A DNA stretch of 64,000 nt from a virus: positions 32,001-96,000 of IMG/VR virus record IMGVR_UViG_3300044629_000431; one strand, written 5' to 3'. The position numbers were made by a program, and so were the translations under genes. This document shows, piece after piece, positions 50,116 through 60,461 of this stretch. Within the stretch, counting starts at the first letter, position 1; the number at the start of each line of letters is the position of its first letter. A model generated the notes under the pieces. The model did no database searches and was not told the DNA's origin. It saw only the letters and a program-made list of their open reading frames with translations.

Positions 50116-51351
50116 TCAGCGTTTGACAACGCTGATGGCAGGAAGACCCTGCTGAAACACGGTGTCCACCACCGCTTGGACCTTCTTAGCGGTGCTGATG
50201 CCCACAGAAGAGTAGACAGGGATACAGACCAACCCAAAGGACTTGGTGTAGTCCTGAAGGGCACCAGGGGCGATCCTGCCGCTGCTGAGACCCTCTGCAT
50301 CGTCCTTGTGCAGGCGGATCACCCGTCCGATGGTCTGGGAGATGCCGATGTAGTCCATGGACCGCATAAACAGCACTGCCTCCAGACCAGACACGTTGAT
50401 GCCCTCGCTCAGAATGCTGTGGTGCAGAACCACAAACTTCTTAGAGTCATCCTTGCCCCAGGCACTCAGAGTGTCGAAGAACACCTCACGGTTGACCTTC
50501 TGACCGTCGATGATAGCACCAGTCTTGGACGTGATATACATCCAAGAGAAACCACGCTCCTCCAGTTGAGTGCAGAAGTCAGTCTGAGAAACCAGAGAAA
50601 CGATCTGCTTGGTTGCTTTAGAGCAGATCAGAACCTTGCCAACCTCTTGAGCATCAATAGTCTGAATGAGGTTCTCACAGTCAACGTCAGCGACGATCTG
50701 ACCCTTGCTGAGCATCTCAAACTGCTGCACCACAACCTTAGGAGGAACGATGAAACCACCGTCCACCAGTTCAGGAGCAGGAACATTGCAGATCACGTTG
50801 CCATAAACGGCAGCGTCATTCATACCAGGTTTGGAAATAGTAGCAGAATGCTTAGGAGTAGCAGTGAAGAAATAGCAGCGGTCAGCATTAGCAGAGAAGT
50901 GCTCCGTAGCAGGGAAAAAGTGACGCTGAACGCTGTTGTGTGCCTCATCAAAGTAAATGGTATCAACGTGAATATCTGCCTGCTGAAGACGCTGCAGGGA
51001 GTTATAGGTGGTAAAAATGAGTTTGTGACCCTTCGCTTGCTCATACCAGGCACGAATCACATTGGGGCGAGTGCTGCTGAAGTGGTGCGTCTCACCAGAA
51101 TGGACGTGCAGAACCTGAGCATTTGTGATAAACTCAAGGAACTCGCTGGACAACTGCTCTGCCAGGAGGATGCGCGGAGCACAGACTACAATAGTCTGAG
51201 GAGTATTTTTCAGAAACTCACGAATAGCATCAAAGATAGCGATGTTGGTCTTGCCGCCGCCAGTCGGGATAATCACCTGACCCTTGCGGTGTTGCAGCAG
51301 GGCATCCAGAGCACGTTGCTGGTGGGGACGGAGTTGAATCACTGACCTCAT
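50116..51351 (-). CDS. Superfamily 2 DEAH helicase (type III Res-like)
   Basis: LRPHQ, PTGGGKT, DEAH, TATP, SEGINV, QTIGRVIR; early promoter module at 51365-51420. Confidence 0.9.
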   Translation of the reverse strand: MRSVIQLRPHQQRALDALLQHRKGQVIIPTGGGKTNIAIFDAIREFLKNTPQTIVVCAPRILLAEQLSSEFLEFITNAQVLHVHSGETHHFSSTRPNVIRAWYEQAKGHKLIFTTYNSLQRLQQADIHVDTIYFDEAHNSVQRHFFPATEHFSANADRCYFFTATPKHSATISKPGMNDAAVYGNVICNVPAPELVDGGFIVPPKVVVQQFEMLSKGQIVADVDCENLIQTIDAQEVGKVLICSKATKQIVSLVSQTDFCTQLEERGFSWMYITSKTGAIIDGQKVNREVFFDTLSAWGKDDSKKFVVLHHSILSEGINVSGLEAVLFMRSMDYIGISQTIGRVIRLHKDDAEGLSSGRIAPGALQDYTKSFGLVCIPVYSSVGISTAKKVQAVVDTVFQQGLPAISVVKR

Positions 51352-51421
51352 TGCGTATAGGACTATTATAGCACTAAAAAAGGGGGTCGGAACCCCCTTG
51401 TGCCAGTTGTAAAACTGTCTA

Positions 51422-53896
51422 TTAGAACAATGTGAAACTTGTAGAACCTACACCAGGAACAGTGAACACTAACTGATTGCCCACCGTTGTAATTTGAACA
51501 GCAGTTCCAATACCACTTAAGAAACCATTGGTTGCTGTTACTATACCAGCACTTACCGTAACACCAGTTCCAACTCTAAGAGATGATGTTGTTGTAACAC
51601 CAGATACATTAAGTTGATCCAACTCAGTGTGTCCCAATACATCAAGTCCACCATTTGCATCAATAAATCCTTCAATTATGGTGTCACCGGTATTGGCGAC
51701 AACAAAGAATTTATCACCACCTGAGGGATTTCTAACAGCAAAGTCGTCATCAACATCGACCGTACCATTAAATTCAGAATTACCATTAATAGTAAGGTTT
51801 CCAAATGTAGAAACACCAGATACATTCAATTGTTTAGTAAAGAATGTAGGACCAGTAACTGTTGTAATGCCACTGAAAGTAGAAATACCTCCGCCTGCGC
51901 CAGGGAAAACATTCAATGAGGTGCAAGTTACAATACCACCAATTACATTGGAAGCATCAGTTGCGAAACCAGTAAAGTTAGCATAAGTTGCAATACCAGA
52001 TCTTTCAGCATAAGAAATTGTTCCGCTTGCCGCCATTTGAACCCAAGCGGAACCAGTATAATACTCAGGAACTGCAGTGGTGGTATTAAATACGACTGCT
52101 CCTCTGATATTATCAGTCGAAGTATCTAAGTTATTTCTCTGAGTTGTATTCAGACGAGGAAGTATCATAAAGCGATACGCATCGCTGAAATATCCAACTC
52201 CTGCTTCAGAGAAATCGACAGCAGCCTTTGGTCGTGTGGTTCCAACACCAACAGATCTTATAAGAACTCTCTTGCCAATAGCATTAATATCAATTTGTGG
52301 ATATGATGCTGTACTACCAACACCAATAAATGATGAAGAAGCAACTAAACCTAAACCACCAACTAGATCTTGATTAGTACCCAGTTGAAGAGAATAGTTG
52401 GTAGTATCAGTTCCGATAGCTACATTTGACAAACTTGCAAGATTAGTTACATCAATATCATAAAATGTTGATACCCCAATAGTATTATTGAGATTTGCAC
52501 TAATGCCACCAAGAACATTTAAATTATTTGTGGTAAAGTTTCCACTAACACCTAAGTCTCCATATAAAGTTGAGTCTCCAACAACAAATAAGTCATCACC
52601 AATGTAAAGATCTTGAGTAATTGTTGAAGTTCCAACAACGTGCAACTCATGGTCTGGATTTGTTTTTGCAATACCCAGTCTACCACCATAAGTCAGAGTC
52701 ATTTTTGCACTCTGATCTTGACCATAAACCCAGTTGAAGTTACCGGTTCCAAGACCAGCAGCACCACGATGAATATAATAGTTTACGCTTCCTCTATCGT
52801 AATTGACAAGATCTAACGATGTTTGCCCACTAAAGGTATCTGCTAAGTTACCAAAACGAATCTCACCACCCTGTTGACCTCTAGTTAAAGTTCTAGCAAC
52901 ACCAACATAAGATTCTTGAGTGCTGGTTAACTGAACTCCACCAACACCATTCTTTACAACATGTATTTCTGCAGTTGGAGAATGAGTATTCAGACCAATG
53001 TTATTTTCAACATAGAGTCTATTTGAAACAGAAGCAATTCCTGTTGTTGAGTTATTTGATACAGTTATGTTTGATGCTGTTACAAAACCCACAATAATAT
53101 CAGGGGTTCCTGTTAATGAACGAGCAGTAGATGCTATTCCAGTTACGTTTCCAGTTACATCACCAGTTACATTACCAATTAAGTTTCCTACAAAACCACC
53201 ACTAGATGTCGTGACTCCAGTTACAACAAGATTATTAGTTCTTACAAATGGGGAAGTTAAAATGCCACTAATATTAATATTTGATGCAAGGCGAGCATTG
53301 TCTAATGTTCCTGCAGAAATATTAGATGCATTTAATGCTGTAACTCCAGCTCCAGAACCAACATAACTTTGAGCAGTAACAATACCTGTCGAGTAGATAT
53401 TACCAGTCGAGTCAATTCCAACACCTGTTGCACCAACATTTGCAAAGATTCTGCTTTGGTCAGAACCACCAACTTGGAAAGGATAGAATGGAGATACTGT
53501 GCTGACTCCAACAAATCCTTGTGCATAAATGCTCGTAAAACCTAGACCAATATCTACATCTAACCATTGAGATGTTGGTAGGTTAAGAAGTCTTCCACCA
53601 TCACCATAATAAGTTACGATTCCAGCGACACCAGTAACAATTCCAGACTGACTAACTGAAACTATACCTGCTCTGATACCACCACTAAACGTAGAAACAC
53701 CCGATGCTCTAATATTTGCAGCAAAAACTTCCGTAGCAGTGACTAGCCCGACTACCTTTGCAGTTCCTCTTACATCAAGAAGTTCGGTTGGAACTGATGT
53801 ACCGATTCCAACCAAACCATTAGGGTTTACGATTAAATTGTCATCATCTACCTGTACACCATTACGAAAGTTAAAAGTTTTTCTAATATTAGCCAT
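51422..53896 (-). CDS. Tail fibre-like structural protein
   Basis: 824 aa with many VGIGT..P..L.V.G and GVST/GIVT repeats; ATAAATA late promoter at 53916-53922. Confidence 0.8.
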   Translation of the reverse strand: MANIRKTFNFRNGVQVDDDNLIVNPNGLVGIGTSVPTELLDVRGTAKVVGLVTATEVFAANIRASGVSTFSGGIRAGIVSVSQSGIVTGVAGIVTYYGDGGRLLNLPTSQWLDVDIGLGFTSIYAQGFVGVSTVSPFYPFQVGGSDQSRIFANVGATGVGIDSTGNIYSTGIVTAQSYVGSGAGVTALNASNISAGTLDNARLASNINISGILTSPFVRTNNLVVTGVTTSSGGFVGNLIGNVTGDVTGNVTGIASTARSLTGTPDIIVGFVTASNITVSNNSTTGIASVSNRLYVENNIGLNTHSPTAEIHVVKNGVGGVQLTSTQESYVGVARTLTRGQQGGEIRFGNLADTFSGQTSLDLVNYDRGSVNYYIHRGAAGLGTGNFNWVYGQDQSAKMTLTYGGRLGIAKTNPDHELHVVGTSTITQDLYIGDDLFVVGDSTLYGDLGVSGNFTTNNLNVLGGISANLNNTIGVSTFYDIDVTNLASLSNVAIGTDTTNYSLQLGTNQDLVGGLGLVASSSFIGVGSTASYPQIDINAIGKRVLIRSVGVGTTRPKAAVDFSEAGVGYFSDAYRFMILPRLNTTQRNNLDTSTDNIRGAVVFNTTTAVPEYYTGSAWVQMAASGTISYAERSGIATYANFTGFATDASNVIGGIVTCTSLNVFPGAGGGISTFSGITTVTGPTFFTKQLNVSGVSTFGNLTINGNSEFNGTVDVDDDFAVRNPSGGDKFFVVANTGDTIIEGFIDANGGLDVLGHTELDQLNVSGVTTTSSLRVGTGVTVSAGIVTATNGFLSGIGTAVQITTVGNQLVFTVPGVGSTSFTLF

Positions 53897-53923
53897 CGTG
53901 TATGGTATTTTTAGTTATTTATC

Positions 53924-55099
53924 CTATTTCTTAATTGCTTTAAAAATAATGCAGGGCGACGCTGCATCTTGTCTAGTAGATGCACCACTAACATATTCAT
54001 CGTTTACGTCTTCTTTCATTGGAAAAACATTGTAAAACAAGAAATCAATTAAATCACGATGTCTTCTACCAAGTGGTGTCAAAATATCATACATTTGCAC
54101 ATTATTTCCCATTTTTTCAATAACTTTTTCCCAGAAATTAATGGAGGTCCCATCTTTAAATCTCAAAGTCAGGTTTCCATTGTTACCCTTTTTATTGACA
54201 AAAAATTCATGCACTTCATTAATAAAAAATGTTTTTAAGTGAATTGTAGAATCCGTTTGTGGAATAATATGACCATCAGGAACTGAAAAATTATACTGTT
54301 CAAGTCTACGAATAAATGCTGGGACGTTCATTAACATTCCTAGACTTTGATCAGAGTATCCATATTCCCTGGATATTGGTGACATCACATTAAATGGGTT
54401 ACGTTGGTTTTTAAACCTATCCCAATGCCTTTGCTCCTCTTCAGTCCAATAGTTCACAGTATATTTTTTCTCACCAGTTCGTAAATCGTAAGTTTTTTCT
54501 GCTGTAGATTCAATCATATACTCGGTATATCTATCAACATCGGACATAATTTTACTTTCCTGAGATATGGTCATTACCTTTTCAAAATCAACTGTTAAAT
54601 CAAATTCAGATATTACGCCAGGCATTGCAGAACCTGGATGCTTGCTAAACAAAGTTCCACCTGGTTTTAATACCCTATAGCATTCTTTTATCATTTGCTC
54701 AACATCTTCAGCATAACCTATTGTTTCTAAAAACAATAACGTGTCAAAATAGTTGTCTTCAAATGGAAGTTTGTCCCAACTTGCTATTTTAAATCTTGAT
54801 TCATATCCTGGATTTCTTTCTTTAGCACATTTTATTTGCTCTTCAGAAATGTCAATACCATAATATTTGACAGATTTTTTCTTTTTAATAAGTCTTTTAA
54901 AAAAATATCCTCCACCACATCCACACTCCAGTACATATTGTCCCATTTTGGACATTTTAATAATATTATCTACATCTTGATCAATAAATGTACTAGGATC
55001 AGAGTCTAGATCAACTAAAAGTGCTCCATTGTAATAGTTACCTTCATCATTACTCAATAAAGGTGCAATAGCATTATAGTATTCAAGAGTATTGTCCAT
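53924..55099 (-). CDS. Class I SAM-dependent methyltransferase
   Basis: VLECGCGGG, GIDIS..QI, LPFEDNYFD, RVLKPGG; ATAAATA at 55111-55117. Confidence 0.9.
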   Translation of the reverse strand: MDNTLEYYNAIAPLLSNDEGNYYNGALLVDLDSDPSTFIDQDVDNIIKMSKMGQYVLECGCGGGYFFKRLIKKKKSVKYYGIDISEEQIKCAKERNPGYESRFKIASWDKLPFEDNYFDTLLFLETIGYAEDVEQMIKECYRVLKPGGTLFSKHPGSAMPGVISEFDLTVDFEKVMTISQESKIMSDVDRYTEYMIESTAEKTYDLRTGEKKYTVNYWTEEEQRHWDRFKNQRNPFNVMSPISREYGYSDQSLGMLMNVPAFIRRLEQYNFSVPDGHIIPQTDSTIHLKTFFINEVHEFFVNKKGNNGNLTLRFKDGTSINFWEKVIEKMGNNVQMYDILTPLGRRHRDLIDFLFYNVFPMKEDVNDEYVSGASTRQDAASPCIIFKAIKK

Positions 55100-55113
55100 T
55101 TTTTTATTTTTAT

Positions 55114-55854
55114 TTATTGAATATATGGATTGGTGGAGTTATATGTTCTATAGAATTTGATAGTTGGTTTTTGATCTTTATAGAGCTTTACTTTGAAATG
55201 AAAATGGAACTTATTTGGAGTGTATCCATCAAAAATACGTTCATACTTATTAAAAATAGTTTTATTGATATTTGGAAAACACTCAAGCAATATATTTTTT
55301 GTATTTAAAAAAGTATCAACTGAATAGTTTGGTAGTAGTTCTACATTGATATTATCATGAATTACATTTCCATTTTTATCAAAGTCAAAAGCATATAAAA
55401 CATTATATGTGCCACCACCAAGAACTCTTGCTAGGTCTACAGCATCACTTTTCATCTTATGATCTATATTATTAAACTCACCAAGCAAAAACCCACATTT
55501 AAAATCTGTGTCTTTACCAATATTATCAATTAATTTGGTAAAATAACTGTATCTATATTTTGTATTAAGTCCAAATGACTTATTAATTAAATCATATTCT
55601 TTTTCGGTGACACCATTTACAGATAAATGAAAATATGGAGACTCAATAAACTTATTCTGTGGTGTTATTGCTTTGTGAAATGTTCTCAGACCTTGAACTT
55701 CATTTAGTTCATTTGTCAGAATATTGTAGATATAGTTGTAGTCATTTTTTATTTTCGACTTTTCTTTAAAAGAAACTTCACTATAGTCTAAAAAACAATA
55801 ATGATATGAAACATGGTCAGAGGTCAAGTCCCTCTCAAAAAGATAATAAGTCAT
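55114..55854 (-). CDS. Unknown protein, paralog of 58772-59491
   Basis: Shared ER..S...SYHY, FD..G...D....EL.P and H.K.K......IK.YR motifs. Confidence 0.75.
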   Translation of the reverse strand: MTYYLFERDLTSDHVSYHYCFLDYSEVSFKEKSKIKNDYNYIYNILTNELNEVQGLRTFHKAITPQNKFIESPYFHLSVNGVTEKEYDLINKSFGLNTKYRYSYFTKLIDNIGKDTDFKCGFLLGEFNNIDHKMKSDAVDLARVLGGGTYNVLYAFDFDKNGNVIHDNINVELLPNYSVDTFLNTKNILLECFPNINKTIFNKYERIFDGYTPNKFHFHFKVKLYKDQKPTIKFYRTYNSTNPYIQ

Positions 55855-56540
55855 AATTGATTGTTATGAATACCAAGCCAGAATACAATTGTATATCTAT
55901 TTCCAGAAGTAATAGGAGTTACTCCATGATAGTACATCCAGTTACTGGGGAAAACAATAACATCACCAGTTTTAAAACCAAATGTTTTTCCTATTGATGG
56001 AAAATCTAAATATCCCCCCTCATAGTTCTCATTTAAGTAAACACATACTGTCAGTAACCTAGAGAAGTTTAGTGACTCTGCATAATGATCATGATGTATT
56101 CTAAAAAAGTCATCTTTAGAATAGTCTAAAATGTGGGAATCGCTGATATTTAATCTATCACCATAGGCATAATAAAATGGTCTAACATCTCTTACATATC
56201 TTCTACCAACTTCTGCAGATATGTCACGAATAATTTTATTTGAAAATGTTTTGAACTCATCATCAACAGCAAAAAGATTGACATATTCACCTGTCCTTAA
56301 CAGGTCTGTCATTGGACTATCAAACTCATTCTTGTGCTTCTCATTATGAATTTTTTGAGAAAATTCCTCACAAATTTCTTTTTTTACCAAATTTGTATAA
56401 ACTTTCACATAATCATCCATGTTTAAATTAAATTTGTTATCTTTAACTTCGGATAACATTTCAAGGTATTCCTTATTAAATCCATTCCTATACTCTTGAT
56501 TATTAAATCTAGAATATAAATTTGTAAAAGTATTATGCAT
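55851..56540 (-). CDS. 2OG-Fe(II) oxygenase, prolyl 4-hydroxylase-like
   Basis: HHD, RLLTVCVYLN..YEGG, VFPS...Y.HGV.P.TSG.RY. Confidence 0.9.
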   Translation of the reverse strand: MHNTFTNLYSRFNNQEYRNGFNKEYLEMLSEVKDNKFNLNMDDYVKVYTNLVKKEICEEFSQKIHNEKHKNEFDSPMTDLLRTGEYVNLFAVDDEFKTFSNKIIRDISAEVGRRYVRDVRPFYYAYGDRLNISDSHILDYSKDDFFRIHHDHYAESLNFSRLLTVCVYLNENYEGGYLDFPSIGKTFGFKTGDVIVFPSNWMYYHGVTPITSGNRYTIVFWLGIHNNQL

Positions 56541-57039
56541 CTTCTACACAAATATCAATACTAATAAATTCGAAATCTTTATCTGAGTTATTTTTTGCAG
56601 AATGTTTTATATGTCTTACATCAAAGAAGTATAGTTCTCCTTTTTTCCAATTAATTTCTTCATCGCCATAGTAAAACATTGCCTCAGTATCCATTAAAGG
56701 AATGTGTGCTCTAAAGAATTCTTTATGCCAATAGCAAGTATCAACATGCTCTCCAACATGCTGACCTGATGGAACTGTTATTTTTGAGAATGCCAGGATA
56801 CGATCATCATTAGCAAACTTTTCAATTGTTTCTGTAGAATACTTATCTTTTGGAATGGTTGCTTCTTCTCTTGGAATCTTCTTGAATGCATAAAGAACGC
56901 ATCCACTGTCATCATCAATATTCCAAGAAATTTTCATATTTGTTTTTGGACTAAAGTATTCATCCAAAATCAACGGTTTTAACTCATTAATTTTATTATA
57001 AAAGTCAACATAATAAGGTCTAGAAAAATCAATAGTCAT
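56533..57039 (-). CDS. Aspartyl/asparaginyl beta-hydroxylase-like oxygenase
   Basis: HVD, RAHIPL, W..G....FD....HSA.N. Confidence 0.8.
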   Translation of the reverse strand: MTIDFSRPYYVDFYNKINELKPLILDEYFSPKTNMKISWNIDDDSGCVLYAFKKIPREEATIPKDKYSTETIEKFANDDRILAFSKITVPSGQHVGEHVDTCYWHKEFFRAHIPLMDTEAMFYYGDEEINWKKGELYFFDVRHIKHSAKNNSDKDFEFISIDICVEDA

Positions 57040-57647
57040 AATTTCTCATAAGCTCCCATATCAATATTTAGAACCTTCAAGTAAAGGGGGTCATTTGTAA
57101 AGTGTGAACCTAGATATTCTCTATCATTCTCATAAAGAATGTCAAAACAAAGGAAACAAAGATCTACGTCTTTTGACTTGTTCGTTCCACTATGAGAGTC
57201 GTAAACAAAATCAAGTATAAAGGGTTTTCCTACTTCAACTTTAATAGTTCCAAAACTTTCAGCAGTAATATAACTTTCATCAGCGGTAATAGGAACTAAA
57301 ATTCTCCAAAGGTTTTTGCCATAATAAGGAGGGTCTACATGCTCCTTAATGTCAGAACTTGCTGCAAAAGTATTCAAACTCACAGTTGGAATATTCTCAT
57401 CTAGAATAATATCCTTAAGTTTATCACTATAAAAGTTTTTAAGTTGAAGTCCATCCGTTGGAGACTTGATAACTCTAAATCTCCAGTCTCCATATTCATA
57501 TTTTGATGGAACTTTATATTCAGGAACTTCTGTGAAGTCTTGTTTTAAAACATCTGGAGTTACATCAAGAATTTTTTGAAAGTAACTCTTTACATACTTA
57601 GACTCTAGATCTAAAAAGGGCTTATTCTGGGGAGTCGTCGATTTCAT
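57036..57647 (-). CDS. Aspartyl/asparaginyl beta-hydroxylase-like oxygenase
   Basis: HVD, RILVPI, G....LD....HSG.N. Confidence 0.75.
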   Translation of the reverse strand: MKSTTPQNKPFLDLESKYVKSYFQKILDVTPDVLKQDFTEVPEYKVPSKYEYGDWRFRVIKSPTDGLQLKNFYSDKLKDIILDENIPTVSLNTFAASSDIKEHVDPPYYGKNLWRILVPITADESYITAESFGTIKVEVGKPFILDFVYDSHSGTNKSKDVDLCFLCFDILYENDREYLGSHFTNDPLYLKVLNIDMGAYEKL

Positions 57648-58779
57648 AACTTACATCTAGATTAACAACACGTGATTCTGAAGTATCTTCTGCTACAGCA
57701 TCACTTGAGAATGATGTTGAGTATGAAAGTGTAGTAGAAGAATCTGTAGTTGATGTCACACCAACACCATCATAAGATATTTTTTCTTCACAAGGAACTT
57801 GAACAAATTCAGCTTGTTCTGGGTGTTGTGAAATATAGTTTTCTCTATACTCAGAATATCTCTGCATGTATGGAGCATTTGGATGCGTAGGATCAATTTG
57901 AGACTTTTCAATACCTTCGTTATATGTCTTATTGATATGAGGAAGTTCGGAAATATGATTGATAGCATCGGCAACTTTTTTGAACACAAATATCATACAC
58001 TCATGATATCTGTTTGGGGCATAATTTTGAGTCTCATTCTTTCTAATATGTTCAATATAAGATGGATGTGCTTCACAAAATTCATCAGATGAACAGAAAG
58101 TTTCATTATAAGTCATTACATCATATTCTGGGACTTCAATTTTTTCAACTTCAAAACCATTCTCAAGAAAACTTTCTTCTATGAGACTTTTGTTTGGAAG
58201 CATACCAAGAGATGCCTCACTATATCCATATTCTTTTTCTATGTCAGCAAACTTTTCTTGATATTTTGAATCAAGTTCTTCATCATGAACTACTTTAATT
58301 GGGTTTTTAATAATTACTCTACCACCAATTTTAAGTCCTGTTGATATAGTCTTAATAAGAGTATCAAGATTTGTTGTGTAACCAATACTTTCAATAAAGT
58401 AAACCGCATCAAAATACGGTTCAGCCATTACAAGTTCATTCATATCTTTACAGAAAAAAGATGATGCATAACTTTCTGCAGATTTTGATGCGTTATCAAT
58501 TTGCTTTTCACAGCAATCTACACCAAGATATCTACAATTTTTGTAGTTTGGATGAGTTTTTAAGAACTTATGAAACTGACCATTACCGCAACCAACATCG
58601 GCAATGAATGAATCGTGATTAAGTTCCCCCAAGTCTGCTAAGTACTGATAGTTTTGTTCCCTAAGACCTAAAGATCCATACTTTTCACTTTTAATCAAAG
58701 CAACTTGATATCCCTGAGGATACTTTTCGTTGATTACATCAGCAAGAGAATCATAATAAGATACGGTTGTTTCATCCAT
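57622..58779 (-). CDS. Class I SAM-dependent methyltransferase, paralog of 53924-55099
   Basis: IADVGCGNG, GVD, FIESIGY, shared EYGYS..SLGML.N. Confidence 0.88.
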   Translation of the reverse strand: MDETTVSYYDSLADVINEKYPQGYQVALIKSEKYGSLGLREQNYQYLADLGELNHDSFIADVGCGNGQFHKFLKTHPNYKNCRYLGVDCCEKQIDNASKSAESYASSFFCKDMNELVMAEPYFDAVYFIESIGYTTNLDTLIKTISTGLKIGGRVIIKNPIKVVHDEELDSKYQEKFADIEKEYGYSEASLGMLPNKSLIEESFLENGFEVEKIEVPEYDVMTYNETFCSSDEFCEAHPSYIEHIRKNETQNYAPNRYHECMIFVFKKVADAINHISELPHINKTYNEGIEKSQIDPTHPNAPYMQRYSEYRENYISQHPEQAEFVQVPCEEKISYDGVGVTSTTDSSTTLSYSTSFSSDAVAEDTSESRVVNLDVSYEIDDSPE

Positions 58780-59491
58780 AGTAAAATTCTGGAATGTTTA
58801 CGTTGATTGATCTGTAATACTTTATGTTTTTAATTTCCCCGTTTTCAATTTTAAACTTAACGTGGGAAAACTTTTTGAAGTTTAAAAAATATCTTTCAAA
58901 TGGATCTGTATTGATACCATAAATCTTCAAAATATTTATAAAGCCCTTTGAACCATCAATAGTATTTTGTGGATATAACTCTAAATGAACTGTGTCGTAA
59001 TTGAGTTTTCCTCCACATCCATCAAAACCCAAACAATAAAAAATTGGATTGAACTTAGATATAATTTCTCTGGTCATATCTAGAGTATTAGTTCCCATAT
59101 CAAATTCATCTAAATTTGCTTTGGGAAATATTTCTCGATGAGGAATATCATCTCCAATATCATCTAGATTAAAAGTAAAAGAGTTTTGATTTCTAATAGG
59201 GATAATTCCTAGTTTATTCACCTCATCGTATTTACTCTGGTCCTTCAGAGTAAAGTTTACAAAAGTTCCCCTGCGAGAAATATTCAAAAATAGAATATGA
59301 AAATTTATATTCTCAAACTTTTCTTTGATAGTTGCCTCTATTTTAAATAATTTTGAACTATTTTCACGTTCTGGTATTTGAGATAAACTCTTATAACCAT
59401 AATGATATGAAAAATATGGTTGAGAGTAAATCTCCCGTTCTATTCCAATACCAAAATCAGAATGTAACTGTACTACCTGCTGTTGTTCCAC
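58772..59491 (-). CDS. Unknown protein, paralog of 55114-55854
   Basis: Motifs shared with the paralog. The track start overlaps the upstream adhesin gene by 35 nt, so the exact start is uncertain. Confidence 0.7.
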   Translation of the reverse strand: MEQQQVVQLHSDFGIGIEREIYSQPYFSYHYGYKSLSQIPERENSSKLFKIEATIKEKFENINFHILFLNISRRGTFVNFTLKDQSKYDEVNKLGIIPIRNQNSFTFNLDDIGDDIPHREIFPKANLDEFDMGTNTLDMTREIISKFNPIFYCLGFDGCGGKLNYDTVHLELYPQNTIDGSKGFINILKIYGINTDPFERYFLNFKKFSHVKFKIENGEIKNIKYYRSINVNIPEFYYG

Positions 59492-60461
59492 TTGTCAATA
59501 CCACATAATAAGCACTACTTCTACGACGAATTGCATCTCCACCAGAACCTCCACTACCTCCACCACTCGCGCCCCATCCTCCACCTGGTGATCCAGAATT
59601 AGAGCAAATAGTTCCTTGAGGATATCCTCCACAACGTCCACCACCGCCGCCGCCAGAACCAGGAACGGTGCTTGTGTCCTCATCACCATCTCCACCAGAT
59701 CCACCACCACCTGCCGGGAAGTTTGATGGTGGTGCGCCGCTGCCCCCGCCGCCTGCACCACCACCTTTTCCACCACCTCCACCAGATCCACCAATAGAAG
59801 TATTACTTACGTTACAGCAATAACATTCATTAAATGATTGTGTTTTGCCGCCACTACCGCCTCCACCACCTCCACCACCAAGAATACGGTTATTATTTTT
59901 AAGATAGATATTTGAAGCAACAGAAAAAGCCGTTCCACCTGGAGATCCAGATCCTCCACCATCTCCACCCTTTCCACCTTTTCCATAAATTGCATAGTCA
60001 TTAGTCAAATAGCAAGTTGTATTTGATCTAGAACCTTGTGGAATTGTCAAACCATAGTTTGATGTTAGAGTTGCTCTACAATTACCAGTTGTTTCTGCAT
60101 CAAAAAATACCGTATTGTTGCTATTAGATTTTAATGCTTCATTTTCAATCGTATTAACATCAATTGAAGCATTATTTCCACTTAACTGGACTACCGCTTG
60201 TCTAGCATAATAGTATACTTTATTGTAAAAATTAGTAAGAGCAATAGTTGTCCCAGCTCCAGCAACAGGAACATTATCAAAATGAGATGCTTTTGTTGGA
60301 TGACTTGAATCAGTTCTTGCTTGATCAGTGCATTTATTTTTCTTCAAATATGTAGAACCATAATAAAACTCATTCATTGCAACCTGACCCTGTGGACCTA
60401 AGTTTGTATACTCTGTTCTTAGATCCGATAAAGCAATTTGTCCGCTTGATTGTAAGGTCAT
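59457..60461 (-). CDS. Gly-rich tail-tip adhesin (T-even gp38-like)
   Basis: MTLQSSGQIALSDL N-terminus, then N...I.G.GG.GG poly-Gly blocks separated by variable loops. Confidence 0.7.
   Translation of the reverse strand: MTLQSSGQIALSDLRTEYTNLGPQGQVAMNEFYYGSTYLKKNKCTDQARTDSSHPTKASHFDNVPVAGAGTTIALTNFYNKVYYYARQAVVQLSGNNASIDVNTIENEALKSNSNNTVFFDAETTGNCRATLTSNYGLTIPQGSRSNTTCYLTNDYAIYGKGGKGGDGGGSGSPGGTAFSVASNIYLKNNNRILGGGGGGGGSGGKTQSFNECYCCNVSNTSIGGSGGGGGKGGGAGGGGSGAPPSNFPAGGGGSGGDGDEDTSTVPGSGGGGGGRCGGYPQGTICSNSGSPGGGWGASGGGSGGSGGDAIRRRSSAYYVVLTSGTTAGSTVTF

Noticed and set aside
50095-51345. 416-aa plus-strand ORF
   Set aside because: Antisense shadow of the helicase, with no motifs; explained by codon bias.
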